A DNA stretch of 64,000 bases from Candidatus Omnitrophota bacterium (GTDB lineage: Bacteria; Omnitrophota; Gorgyraeia; Gygaellales; Profunditerraquicolaceae), in contig JBAZJY010000003.1 of assembly GCA_041651115.1 (NCBI GenBank), positions 3,188 through 67,187 of the forward strand, read 5' to 3'. Each line of letters begins with the position of its first letter. Position 1 is the stretch's first letter. This document shows positions 26,777-35,076 of this stretch, piece by piece. Both the position numbers and the translations under genes were made by a program. The notes beneath the pieces were generated by a model. That model was not told the DNA's origin and ran no database searches. It saw nothing but the letters and a program-made list of their open reading frames with translations.

Positions 26777-28480
26777 CTAGAACGTTTTGGAAACTTCCGC
26801 CCAGGTTTGCACGCCTTTTCCGTCAGACGGCTTCTGGTCCAGAGGCCAGGCAAATTCTACGCGCGCGCTGAAATCTTCCGGTAAATTAATGCGCAAACCG
26901 CATCCCGCGCCTCTTAAGGTCTTATTCTTCTGTTCTCCTGCCTGCGGCCTTCTTAACCTGACATTTGCCCAGTCATAAAAAGTAACGATCCTTACCGCAT
27001 CATAGATTTTTGCCTTTGAAAGCGGGAATCCGATGGACTTCGGCACAAAATACGGCGGGATTGACCATTCCCAGGTCATGGAATAACCATTATCGCCTAC
27101 TGCTTCCGCAGCCGGATAACCGCGCACGTTGACAATGCTGCCGATCTGAAACTGTTCTGTAGAAGTAAGGATATTGGGGGTAAGCTGTATCTGGTTTTTC
27201 CAGTATATGGAAGAATCAAACGGCAGTTTCTGGCGATGTAAAAGGTTTATTATCTCTTTGGTAAACTCCCCGCCTGCGCCGTCGCGGGACGCGCGGGTAT
27301 CGCGCTTCTTCAAGCCTGCCATAATATCCGGGATGCCATAATCAAATTCTGCCATAAGCAGCGTGCGGCTTAACCTGGTGGTAACATCCCAGTCAAAGCC
27401 TATGCGGCTGATGCGCAGCCGGTCGCGGCTGGTTTCCTCTCCTGCCTGGAAATTAAAAACATCCTTGTAATCAAAACCAAGGTTTAAGACTAAATTGCTA
27501 TTCTCGTTATTGACTAATATCTGCTGGGCATAAACGCCATAGATCCGGCTCTTGCCGCGGACATTCAGGTCCTCAAATTCTTTTTGCAGCTTGATCCGTG
27601 AGTTTGCGGCTACAAAGCCGATATTCAGGTCTCTGGTTACCGGCAGGATATAACGGCCGCTCAACAAAACATAATTTTCGCCTTCCGAGCCCTGATAATT
27701 AACCTCCAGGCTGTCGTCAAAGCCTAAAAGGTTATTATGCGTAAGCGTAGTTTTAAAACGATTGTAATTAATATAGCGCGAGCCAAAATTATCCCAGGCA
27801 AGGCCCAAATGTATGGGCAGGCGGTCCTTTACCTCTACCAGCACATCGGTTGTCCCGGGGTCTTTGCCCGGAGCAATGACTGCCTTAGCGTTACGGTCTG
27901 CCTGTTCATTGATCAGGCTTAAGCCTTCGCGCAATTTTTCGTAATTAAAAGGCTGCCCCTTTTTAAGCGCGATCTTACGCTGATACAGGGAAGATTTAAA
28001 GAACCGGTTACCTTTTATTTCTACGTCGCCGGTAATTCCTTCCAGGACTTTTACTTCAAGGTTTCCGCTTTCAATTTTTTGCGGGGGCAGGTAGGCGCGG
28101 GAAGTAACAAAGCCTTTCCTGCGGTAGATATCGGTGATCATGTCTACCATCTTCTGCATATCCTTAAGCATAAGCTCTTTGTTTTTGAATTCCGCGGTAA
28201 CCGCATTGATCTCGTCTTCCGTAATAAGCGTAGCGCCGGTTACGGTAATACTCGTAACCATGACTTTTTCGGTTGACTCCGGGAGCCGGGGCTGCGCAGC
28301 CTGAGGCTCTTCCTCAATTTCCGCCTTTGGGCTGGGCTTATCAAACTTTTCCTGCAACCGTATTTCCTTGTCAATCTTACGCTGGGACGTAGAAATCGTG
28401 CCCGCCTCGTCAGCGGCATATACAAAACCAAACGCAAAGATAAAAACTAAACCTAAAAGAATCGCGGGCGCCTTTTTCAT
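26777..28480 (-). CDS. TpsB outer-membrane transporter (ShlB/FhaC family; POTRA domains + 16-strand beta-barrel)
   Basis: Start assigned to the internal ATG at 28480 (MKKAPAILLGLVFIFAFGFVYA signal peptide; AGGAGG SD 8 nt upstream; ATGA overlap with the upstream stop). POTRA-like VTSITVTGATLITEDEI...DIYRRKGFVTSRAYLPPQKIESGNLEVKVLEG. Ends ...WAEVSKTF with the aromatic terminal residue typical of OMPs. Confidence 0.8.
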   Translation of the reverse strand: MKKAPAILLGLVFIFAFGFVYAADEAGTISTSQRKIDKEIRLQEKFDKPSPKAEIEEEPQAAQPRLPESTEKVMVTSITVTGATLITEDEINAVTAEFKNKELMLKDMQKMVDMITDIYRRKGFVTSRAYLPPQKIESGNLEVKVLEGITGDVEIKGNRFFKSSLYQRKIALKKGQPFNYEKLREGLSLINEQADRNAKAVIAPGKDPGTTDVLVEVKDRLPIHLGLAWDNFGSRYINYNRFKTTLTHNNLLGFDDSLEVNYQGSEGENYVLLSGRYILPVTRDLNIGFVAANSRIKLQKEFEDLNVRGKSRIYGVYAQQILVNNENSNLVLNLGFDYKDVFNFQAGEETSRDRLRISRIGFDWDVTTRLSRTLLMAEFDYGIPDIMAGLKKRDTRASRDGAGGEFTKEIINLLHRQKLPFDSSIYWKNQIQLTPNILTSTEQFQIGSIVNVRGYPAAEAVGDNGYSMTWEWSIPPYFVPKSIGFPLSKAKIYDAVRIVTFYDWANVRLRRPQAGEQKNKTLRGAGCGLRINLPEDFSARVEFAWPLDQKPSDGKGVQTWAEVSKTF

Positions 28481-29238
28481 CGCTGTCCCTCCTTTTTGTC
28501 TAAACTTGTAATTTCGCTTTTTATGCAAACTTCAAGAATGTCACCTTTAATTTCTGTTGTTATTTCATCGGCTGCCAGCTTAACGCCTTTTTTCTCATAA
28601 GCCTGCGTAAGCGCGCCGGCTATCTGGTTGATATCGTCTTCAGTCAGCCAGTGCCCTTCAAGCGGCGGAATGATCTCCCCGATTTCTTTTTCATTGAGCA
28701 ATTCGGCGCCTTTTATGCTGATTTTTTTAACGAATACTTTGTCCGGGCTATTGATCTTTTGCCTTAGCGCCGCCTCTTCTTCAAGCAACTCCTCAAACCG
28801 CGCTATTTCGCCGGCGGTTTTTTGCGCAAAGCAAAGAGGTATACCGCCATCGATAATATTGGCAATCCTTTTTGCAAATAAAGCATAACCTACGGCAAGC
28901 GCGTTCAGGCAGGCGATCAAAGAAACTGCCGCGGCAATGTCTTTAACCAGCTTTATCAGGATATGATACTTGCGGGTAGTCATATCAATCATCATTTCAA
29001 TTGCCGTATTGAAGATCTCCGCCATAAATACGAGAGTGATGGTAATGCATAGCGCGATCAATTCAAGGCCGTTTAATCCAAAATAGACGCCCAAAAGGAA
29101 TGCCGCGACCCCGAGCATGAACATGATGCGCATATTGCGGTGATAAAGGAACAGATAGCCGACGCCTTGCGCTGCCAGCCGCATGCTTTGAAAAAATCCC
29201 GTGAAACGGAAGATATGCTTAAGTACCCGCTTTTTCAT
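28477..29238 (-). CDS. prokaryotic diacylglycerol/undecaprenol kinase (DgkA) fused to a C-terminal POTRA-like periplasmic domain
   Basis: N-terminal 125 aa has three TM helices and the DgkA signature EIFNTAIEMMID plus KDIAAAVSLIACLNALAVGY. C-terminal 125 aa (VFVKKISIKGAELLNEKEIGEII...DDINQIAGALTQAYEKKGVKLA...GDILEVCI) is collinear with the POTRA_2 region of the adjacent TpsB. Start TAATG overlaps the acsE stop. Stop overlaps the tpsB start. Confidence 0.6.
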   Translation of the reverse strand: MKKRVLKHIFRFTGFFQSMRLAAQGVGYLFLYHRNMRIMFMLGVAAFLLGVYFGLNGLELIALCITITLVFMAEIFNTAIEMMIDMTTRKYHILIKLVKDIAAAVSLIACLNALAVGYALFAKRIANIIDGGIPLCFAQKTAGEIARFEELLEEEAALRQKINSPDKVFVKKISIKGAELLNEKEIGEIIPPLEGHWLTEDDINQIAGALTQAYEKKGVKLAADEITTEIKGDILEVCIKSEITSLDKKEGQR

Positions 29239-30026
29239 TATTTTTTTCTATACGCGTCCAAATAAGAATCGCAATAAATATGCTTATTGAGGATCAATTC
29301 CGCGGTTATCGCTGAATCTACAAGCTCTTTATCTTTAGGATCCATTATAGCAGCATCTAAGCCATAAGCAACTGCCATTGTTAAGAACGTGCGGTTGATC
29401 AAACCACGCACACAGCTGCCCTGCGATACGTTGCTTAAGCCCAGGATTGTCTTGGGCGAAGGCTCGGAGATAATCTTAAATTCACGGATAGATTCCAGAA
29501 TGTCTAGCATCTGCGGCTGGGCAACGTTCACCGGCAGCACGATCGGATCAAGAAAAAGGTCATCAATAGCAAAACCCTGGTCAACGCAGGTAGAGACAAT
29601 AGTTGCTGCCAGTTCCAGGCGCTGGTCTTTATTCTGCGGAATGCCTTTTGCGCTTATGGTGATGCCGATCAGCCTGGCCTTATATTGCTTTGCCAACCCT
29701 ACCAAAACCTCTAATTTGTCCGGATCAGCAGTAGTAGAATTGATGATCGGCCTGCTCTTTATCACTTTTAAGCCGGACTCAATGACTTTAGGCTTGCTGG
29801 AATCAAGCGCCAGCGGCTTATCGGTTACTTCCTGTATGGTTTCCACCAGCCACTGAATATCGGAAACCGGGTCGCGCGACACCGGGCCGCAATTCACATC
29901 TAAAGCGTCTGCGCCTGCCTCAACCTGTTCAAGCGCGCATTTTTGTATGGCTGACTTATCGTGCTCCTTGATCGCTTTGCCGATATTCTGATACATCCCA
30001 TTGATCAGCTCGCCGATTATGAACAT
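29238..30026 (-). CDS. acsE: methyltetrahydrofolate:corrinoid/iron-sulfur protein methyltransferase AcsE (pterin-binding MeTr)
   Basis: MFIIGELINGM...DVNCGP...INSTTAD...LGLSNVSQ...IYCDSYL matches AcsE/MeTr. Start placed at ATG 30026 (AAGGAG SD 7 nt upstream) rather than the TTG at 30056, which lies inside a palindromic repeat. Confidence 0.75.
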   Translation of the reverse strand: MFIIGELINGMYQNIGKAIKEHDKSAIQKCALEQVEAGADALDVNCGPVSRDPVSDIQWLVETIQEVTDKPLALDSSKPKVIESGLKVIKSRPIINSTTADPDKLEVLVGLAKQYKARLIGITISAKGIPQNKDQRLELAATIVSTCVDQGFAIDDLFLDPIVLPVNVAQPQMLDILESIREFKIISEPSPKTILGLSNVSQGSCVRGLINRTFLTMAVAYGLDAAIMDPKDKELVDSAITAELILNKHIYCDSYLDAYRKK

Positions 30027-30040
30027 ATAGCTCCTTAGAT

Positions 30041-30117
30041 TAGGGACGGTTCTCAACTCAAAGCTAAAGTGTCCCCCCTACGGGGACACTTTACGATTGG
30101 CTTGAGAACCGTCCCTA
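30041..30117. repeat. ~76-bp nested palindromic intergenic element, copy 1 (REP/MITE-like)
   Basis: TAGGGACGGTTCTCA...GTGTCCCC-CCTAC-GGGGACAC...TGAGAACCGTCCCTA. 15-bp perfect terminal inverted repeats plus an inner 8-bp hairpin. A second copy with identical termini is at 61018-61093. Confidence 0.6.
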
Positions 30118-31073
30118 AACAGGTTATCGATATATTTTTTTATTTTCTCAATTGCGACCGGATGTCTCATCACCAGGATATCCGCGCCTGCCTGGACCAG
30201 CGCGGCTGCGGTTACAGCTTCCCAGGTCACGCCCCGCTCCATTTCCGGGCCCCATGCCGGCATTTCTGCAACAGGCAATTTCGCTTCTTTTGCCCGCCAT
30301 GATTCCTGACCCACAAAACAGATAAACGGGCTGGCAACGGTTTTATCTCCGGCTAAAGCTGCCAGACGGCTGCGTTCCATAATTGAATAAGCATACTCAA
30401 GCCCATACCCCAGGGCGCCGATCGTCGGGTTGATCACGATCCGCTCTAAGGGCAATCCCATATCTGAAATCAAGATATTCAACTGCTTGGCAATATTTAT
30501 GTCTATGGGCGATTCGGCAATAATGCTGTGGCCGTCAGCCAGGACCGCGGCTGCCAGCGTTTTATAATTATCCTGCACAGCGCTCCCGATCAAGCAGCGT
30601 TCACCTTTGGCAGCTTCACAACAGGCAGGCAAAACCTGATTATCTTTGGCATCATCCCCGCATCCGGTGATCACCAGCGGCACAGTTATCTTTTTCAATA
30701 GTTTTTTAATAAAGTCTGCTGCCTCGGCAGGCCCCTTATTGCCGGATTCAGGATGCGTTCCCTGTAATTTTACGCAAAGCAGCTCGGCCTTATATTCGCG
30801 CACGCATTTCTCCGCCCAGGCAAAGGGATCCTTTAGAACTTTTCCGTAGGCACAAGCTAATGCTTCCGGCCAGTCATTCGGAAGTATATCCCAAACCTCA
30901 TAAGCGATCACCGGCTTATTGGGGATCGCGCCTTCTGCGAATAAATACGGTAAGGCTTTTTGGCCGCCGACCTTGACCTGCCGGCTGCGTGAACCGCCCT
31001 CTTGCTTTGTCGCTCCGATAGTTACCGTAAAAACTTCACCCGACCATTTTTCCAGCATCAACTCAGTTGCCAT
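30078..31073 (-). CDS. acsD: corrinoid iron-sulfur protein small subunit AcsD (CdhD-like, TIM-barrel)
   Basis: 331 aa. WSGEVFTVTIGAT...VITGCGDDAKDNQVLPACCEAA... Collinear with CFeSP small subunits. The last ~13 codons overlap the palindromic element. Confidence 0.7.
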   Translation of the reverse strand: MATELMLEKWSGEVFTVTIGATKQEGGSRSRQVKVGGQKALPYLFAEGAIPNKPVIAYEVWDILPNDWPEALACAYGKVLKDPFAWAEKCVREYKAELLCVKLQGTHPESGNKGPAEAADFIKKLLKKITVPLVITGCGDDAKDNQVLPACCEAAKGERCLIGSAVQDNYKTLAAAVLADGHSIIAESPIDINIAKQLNILISDMGLPLERIVINPTIGALGYGLEYAYSIMERSRLAALAGDKTVASPFICFVGQESWRAKEAKLPVAEMPAWGPEMERGVTWEAVTAAALVQAGADILVMRHPVAIEKIKKYIDNLFRDGSQANRKVSP

Positions 31074-31815
31074 TCTTAATTTCCCCCCATATCTTGTTTA
31101 ACGCGCGCAAGCTTAAACTATCGGTTTCCAATTTCCATAACGAAGTTCCGTTAAGGCTGATTTTAGCAATCTCCTCATCCAAAGGCAGGTTACCTATATA
31201 TTGCAGGCCTAAGGCTTCAAGTTTTTCTTTTTCCATTTTGCCGTTCCAGCGGTTTATGATCAGCTGCTTGGCCCTAGCCTTAATGCCTAACTGCCCTACT
31301 AAAAGCGCGATCCTTGCCGCAGCCTTCAGCCCTACTCCGGTTGCGTCTGAAATCACCAACAGCACATCCGCGCTTCTTGTGGTGCGCCGCGAGAGATGTT
31401 CCAGGCCCGCCTCGTTATCCATAACCACAAAATCATAATCATCCGTCAGCTTGCTCATTACCGACCTTAAAATGTTATTCACGTAACAATAACAACCCGG
31501 GCCTTCGGGCTTGCCCATTGTAATAATATCAAAGCCGTCTTCTTCCTGAACTGCCGATTGCACGCGGTATTCAACAAAGCGATCCTTGGTCCATCCTTGC
31601 GGTATTTTATCCGGATGCGCCGCGACTTGATCAAGAATATCCCCGATGGTTTCTTTTACTTCCACGCCGAGGCTTTCCGCCAGGTTTGAATTCGGGTCGG
31701 CATCCACTGCCAAAACCGAACCCAAACCAGCCTCCTTGATTAACCTGACAAGAAGGGCAGCAATCGTAGTTTTACCCGTACCGCCTTTACCGGCAAGGGC
31801 GATCGTATAGCTCAT
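31063..31815 (-). CDS. CooC/AcsF-type P-loop ATPase (Ni-insertion accessory protein of CODH/ACS; MinD/ParA fold)
   Basis: IALAGKGGTGKTTIAALL deviant Walker A. 250 aa. Located inside the acs cluster. Confidence 0.7.
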   Translation of the reverse strand: MSYTIALAGKGGTGKTTIAALLVRLIKEAGLGSVLAVDADPNSNLAESLGVEVKETIGDILDQVAAHPDKIPQGWTKDRFVEYRVQSAVQEEDGFDIITMGKPEGPGCYCYVNNILRSVMSKLTDDYDFVVMDNEAGLEHLSRRTTRSADVLLVISDATGVGLKAAARIALLVGQLGIKARAKQLIINRWNGKMEKEKLEALGLQYIGNLPLDEEIAKISLNGTSLWKLETDSLSLRALNKIWGEIKNGN

Positions 31816-33731
31816 AATTTAACACTGGGGAATCTGGCCAGGTCCGTATGCGGAAAAAATAAAGCCGCCACATATTCATCCATATACGCCGGTTCAGTGG
31901 ATAATTCCAGGTAAGTCATTTTCCGGGCGATTTCTTCTGCCTGCCTCATTGCTTCATAAGATAAAATTATTGCCCTGGCCCCGGAAAGCGAGCTATTGCC
32001 GACAAAAACGATCCGGCTGCGCTGGATATCCGGCAGTAATCCGATGTTTATGGCGTTATTGATGTCAACTGAAGTGCCAAAGCCTCCGGCAATGAATAAT
32101 TTCTTCACGTCATTAAGGTCAATGTCCATGCGCCGCAGCAACACCAGCATAGCCGAATAGATCGCGGCCTTGGCGCGCTTAAGATTATCTATATCAACTT
32201 CCGTAATTACTATATCTGAAGTTGAATCCGCGTCTTCCTTAAATACCACGACGAATTCCCTGCCCATTTCCGACTGGCGGATACGCTTATGTTTAAGATC
32301 CTTGATCTTACCGCCCTTATCCAATATTCCGGCAGCCAGCATTTCCGCGATCAAGTCAATATAGCCTGAGCCGCAGATACCTTTGGCTTTCATCCCGCCG
32401 ATCGTCTCATAAGAAATGTTAAAATCTTTACCGGAAATCTTTACTTTTTGCACCGCGCCTTTTGTCGCGCGCATGCCGCAGCTAACACCGCTTCCTTCAA
32501 ACGCCGGCCCGGCAGACGCAGCACAACTGACCATAAAATCCCTATCTCCCAGGACGATCTCTCCGTTGGTGCCGATATCAATAAGGATGCTTAAATCATC
32601 CGCCTTATCTATGCCGCAGGACAATACTCCGCTGGTTACGTCTCCGCCCACATAACTTGCCACGCCCGGCACGCAGGTTAACAAGCCGCGCGGGTTTATT
32701 TTTACGCCGGCTTCTGTGGCGCGCAAAGGCGGGATAAAATTCGCTGCCGGCACATACGGCTCTTTCCTGATATAGGTCGGGTCAATGCGTAAAAGCAGAT
32801 GCATCATTGTGGTATTACCGGCGCACAACACGCAGGTAACGTCGTTTAAGTCTATGCTATGCTCGGCGATCAACTCCTGGCTCATACGGTTCATTTCTTC
32901 TGCCACGGCGCAATGCAGCTTTTCCAGGCCGTCCGGCTCGCGGGCATAGATTATGCGCGTGATCACATCGCTGCCAAAAGTCGCCTGCTTGTTATAAGCT
33001 ACCTTGGTGCCCAGGACCTTGCTTTTATTTAAATCCACAAGCTGGCCGGTAACCGTAGTTGTGCCGATATCAAAACACATCCCAAAATTCCTCTGTGAAG
33101 TATCTCCCGGCTCGATCTGAATGATCTCTGTCACGCCGTTACGCCTGGCAAGGGTTACCGTAATCTTCCATCCGGAAGAACGCAGCAACTCACTTAAATT
33201 GCGAATACTGACAATGCCGGTCTGGATGATCAAGGCATTGGGAAGCATTTTATTTATCTGCCGGTACAACCGCTCCAGATCGCTGACCTTATCATCCAGG
33301 TCAGGAGCCGGAAGCTCAAGATAGAACTTTGAAGTAAACGGAAGATTGCTAAATGCCTGCTCTGCCAGCCCGGGCTTTACCGGTTCAATATCCTCAATAT
33401 CGGAATAAGTATTTTTCAGCTCTTGATCGCTGACTTTTTCAAAATCCGCTGCCGATTCCGGAGGGATTTCAACTTCCAGATCGCCCTGGACTTCAGAAAG
33501 GCAGGCAAGATATACGCCCCTTGCTTTTTCTTCGCTGCTTAAAAGACCGGTTGCCTGCATCAGGACACTGCCTTTTTTCAAAACTACTTTGCAGCGGCCG
33601 CATACGCCGTCTCCGCCGCAGACTGAATTAAGCGGCACTCCCGCGGAAACCGCCGCGGAAAGAATGGTAGTATCCTTTTCCACTTCCACGGTTTTGTTAT
33701 AAGGATAGAATGTAACTTTGAATTTACTCAT
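31812..33731 (-). CDS. reductive activator of corrinoid Fe-S protein (RACo): N-terminal [2Fe-2S] ferredoxin + ASKHA-type ATPase
   Basis: Start assigned to ATG at 33731 (MSKFKVTFYPYNKTVEV...). CGGDGVCGRCKV plant-type ferredoxin cysteines. About 600 aa ATPase body. Gene order acsC-RACo-cooC-acsD-acsE. Confidence 0.7.
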   Translation of the reverse strand: MSKFKVTFYPYNKTVEVEKDTTILSAAVSAGVPLNSVCGGDGVCGRCKVVLKKGSVLMQATGLLSSEEKARGVYLACLSEVQGDLEVEIPPESAADFEKVSDQELKNTYSDIEDIEPVKPGLAEQAFSNLPFTSKFYLELPAPDLDDKVSDLERLYRQINKMLPNALIIQTGIVSIRNLSELLRSSGWKITVTLARRNGVTEIIQIEPGDTSQRNFGMCFDIGTTTVTGQLVDLNKSKVLGTKVAYNKQATFGSDVITRIIYAREPDGLEKLHCAVAEEMNRMSQELIAEHSIDLNDVTCVLCAGNTTMMHLLLRIDPTYIRKEPYVPAANFIPPLRATEAGVKINPRGLLTCVPGVASYVGGDVTSGVLSCGIDKADDLSILIDIGTNGEIVLGDRDFMVSCAASAGPAFEGSGVSCGMRATKGAVQKVKISGKDFNISYETIGGMKAKGICGSGYIDLIAEMLAAGILDKGGKIKDLKHKRIRQSEMGREFVVVFKEDADSTSDIVITEVDIDNLKRAKAAIYSAMLVLLRRMDIDLNDVKKLFIAGGFGTSVDINNAINIGLLPDIQRSRIVFVGNSSLSGARAIILSYEAMRQAEEIARKMTYLELSTEPAYMDEYVAALFFPHTDLARFPSVKL

Positions 33732-35065
33732 GCCATATTCTTTAAAAATGACGGCAGACCGGCAGCTTCCTTTGGCCCGACAATGATCTCCCATCCGGAT
33801 TTATCCTCCAGCTCGCCGCTCATCATTGCTACGTAACCGGGGATGATCAACCGTTTATGGGAAACCGTATCCTTGATCCCGAATTTATTCATTGAATCGG
33901 CGATCTTTTCAGGAGTGAATTTTTCCGCTGCCCAGGCAGTTAAAACCGACATGCCCTCCGTATCCACGCTAATGATATACGACGGGATCTTGCTGGCTTC
34001 AACTTCGCCTAAGACTGTAAAATAGGAAAGCGAAAAGTTAGTAGTCACTAAAACCGGAGATTTATCGTTTACGCTGCCTACCGGATAAACCTTGGGCTCG
34101 ATCTGCAGAGGTTTTTGCGGGTCAGTGTAGATATTCTGGCGTAAAGTTAAAAGCGCCAGCGCCTGCTGGGGCTCTGCGCCTTTAAGCAGCACAATACCGG
34201 CGTACTTAGCAATATAACCGGATGCTTCTATCGCCTCTTCATACGGGTCAACGGATGAAGTCATTGTCATTACCGGATACCCTAAACTGCGATTGGATTT
34301 TTTTAAGGCCTGCCTTCTTATTTGCGTCAGGTCCCAGATCTTTTCTGCCGGAGATTTTATGCCGGTATCTAAAACCAGTTCACTTACGCCCTGGTTATTC
34401 AATTCTTTTGTAATCGCGGTTAAACTATCCAGGTCATGGGCGCTTACCGCAAGCGCGGTATTGAATTCTTTGGCGAGCTTCCCCATTTCCGCGGCATTAG
34501 AGGCATTCGCATAACAAACCAGCGGCTTTCGCGCTTTAGACAATTCAAGCGCAGGCCGCAACGCGCTCAGATCTCCGGAGATCAGGGCAATGTTCAGCTT
34601 GGTCGCCTTTAAAACCAGCTCCGCTGCTTTAACAAACCTGTCTTTAGTGCTATTTTGCTTTATCGCCACGAGGTTCACATCCAGCTTCTGGCCCACGCGC
34701 TCAAATGCCAGGCGGTTTATCTTTTCCAGCTTCTTGCTGATCTCTCCGTCCGTTAAGCTGTCGTCAATGATAAAGCCAATGCCGCATGGCCGGTGGAATT
34801 TTTCTTCGTGCCGGAAAAGCACTGATTCATTGCCGATCTCAAGTTTGTTTTCGCCCTCGCCGACAGTAACCAACTTGATCGGCGGCTGCGAAGATGCCTC
34901 AAGGACTTTTTTTGCCTCTGCGCTTAAAAACGGGCATTTATCAATGCTCACTGCTTTTTTGGCAAGCTGCATTGCAAAGGCAAGGCAAGTGACAAAGCCG
35001 CATTCGCGGCAGTTGGTTTTCGGCAATAACTTGTAGATGTCCAATCCGGAAAGAGCCATGCGCAA
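33728..35065 (-). CDS. acsC: corrinoid iron-sulfur protein large subunit AcsC ([4Fe-4S] domain + TIM barrel + B12-binding Rossmann domain)
   Basis: MALSGLDIYKLLPKTNCRECGFVTCLAFAMQLAKKAVSIDKCP is the N-terminal CxxCxxxxC...C cluster motif of CFeSP large subunits. 445 aa. Confidence 0.8.
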   Translation of the reverse strand: MRMALSGLDIYKLLPKTNCRECGFVTCLAFAMQLAKKAVSIDKCPFLSAEAKKVLEASSQPPIKLVTVGEGENKLEIGNESVLFRHEEKFHRPCGIGFIIDDSLTDGEISKKLEKINRLAFERVGQKLDVNLVAIKQNSTKDRFVKAAELVLKATKLNIALISGDLSALRPALELSKARKPLVCYANASNAAEMGKLAKEFNTALAVSAHDLDSLTAITKELNNQGVSELVLDTGIKSPAEKIWDLTQIRRQALKKSNRSLGYPVMTMTSSVDPYEEAIEASGYIAKYAGIVLLKGAEPQQALALLTLRQNIYTDPQKPLQIEPKVYPVGSVNDKSPVLVTTNFSLSYFTVLGEVEASKIPSYIISVDTEGMSVLTAWAAEKFTPEKIADSMNKFGIKDTVSHKRLIIPGYVAMMSGELEDKSGWEIIVGPKEAAGLPSFLKNMA

Positions 35066-35076
35066 TCCTCCTAAGA

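Noticed and set aside
28481-28528. 16-codon N-terminal extension of the TpsB ORF (MHKKRNYKFRQKGGTA) as given in the ORF track.
   Set aside because: It overlaps the end of the dgkA-POTRA gene in another frame. The internal ATG at 28480 has a perfect AGGAGG SD, an ATGA stop-start overlap, and starts a canonical signal peptide.
17025-29238. Integrase, transposase or other mobile-element protein delimiting the TPS island next to the tRNA locus.
   Set aside because: No ORF in the window shows tyrosine- or serine-recombinase or DDE-transposase motifs. Island status rests only on tRNA adjacency and tRNA-derived repeats, so it is reported as a hypothesis rather than as a mobile_element feature.
30027-30056. 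TTG start for acsE at 30056, and the 63-nt longer RACo start at 33794.
   Set aside because: The TTG lies inside the palindromic repeat element and lacks an SD. The ATG at 30026 has an AAGGAG SD and begins at the conserved MFIIGELINGM N-terminus. The RACo extension overlaps acsC, and the downstream ATG at 33731 gives the typical ferredoxin-domain start.
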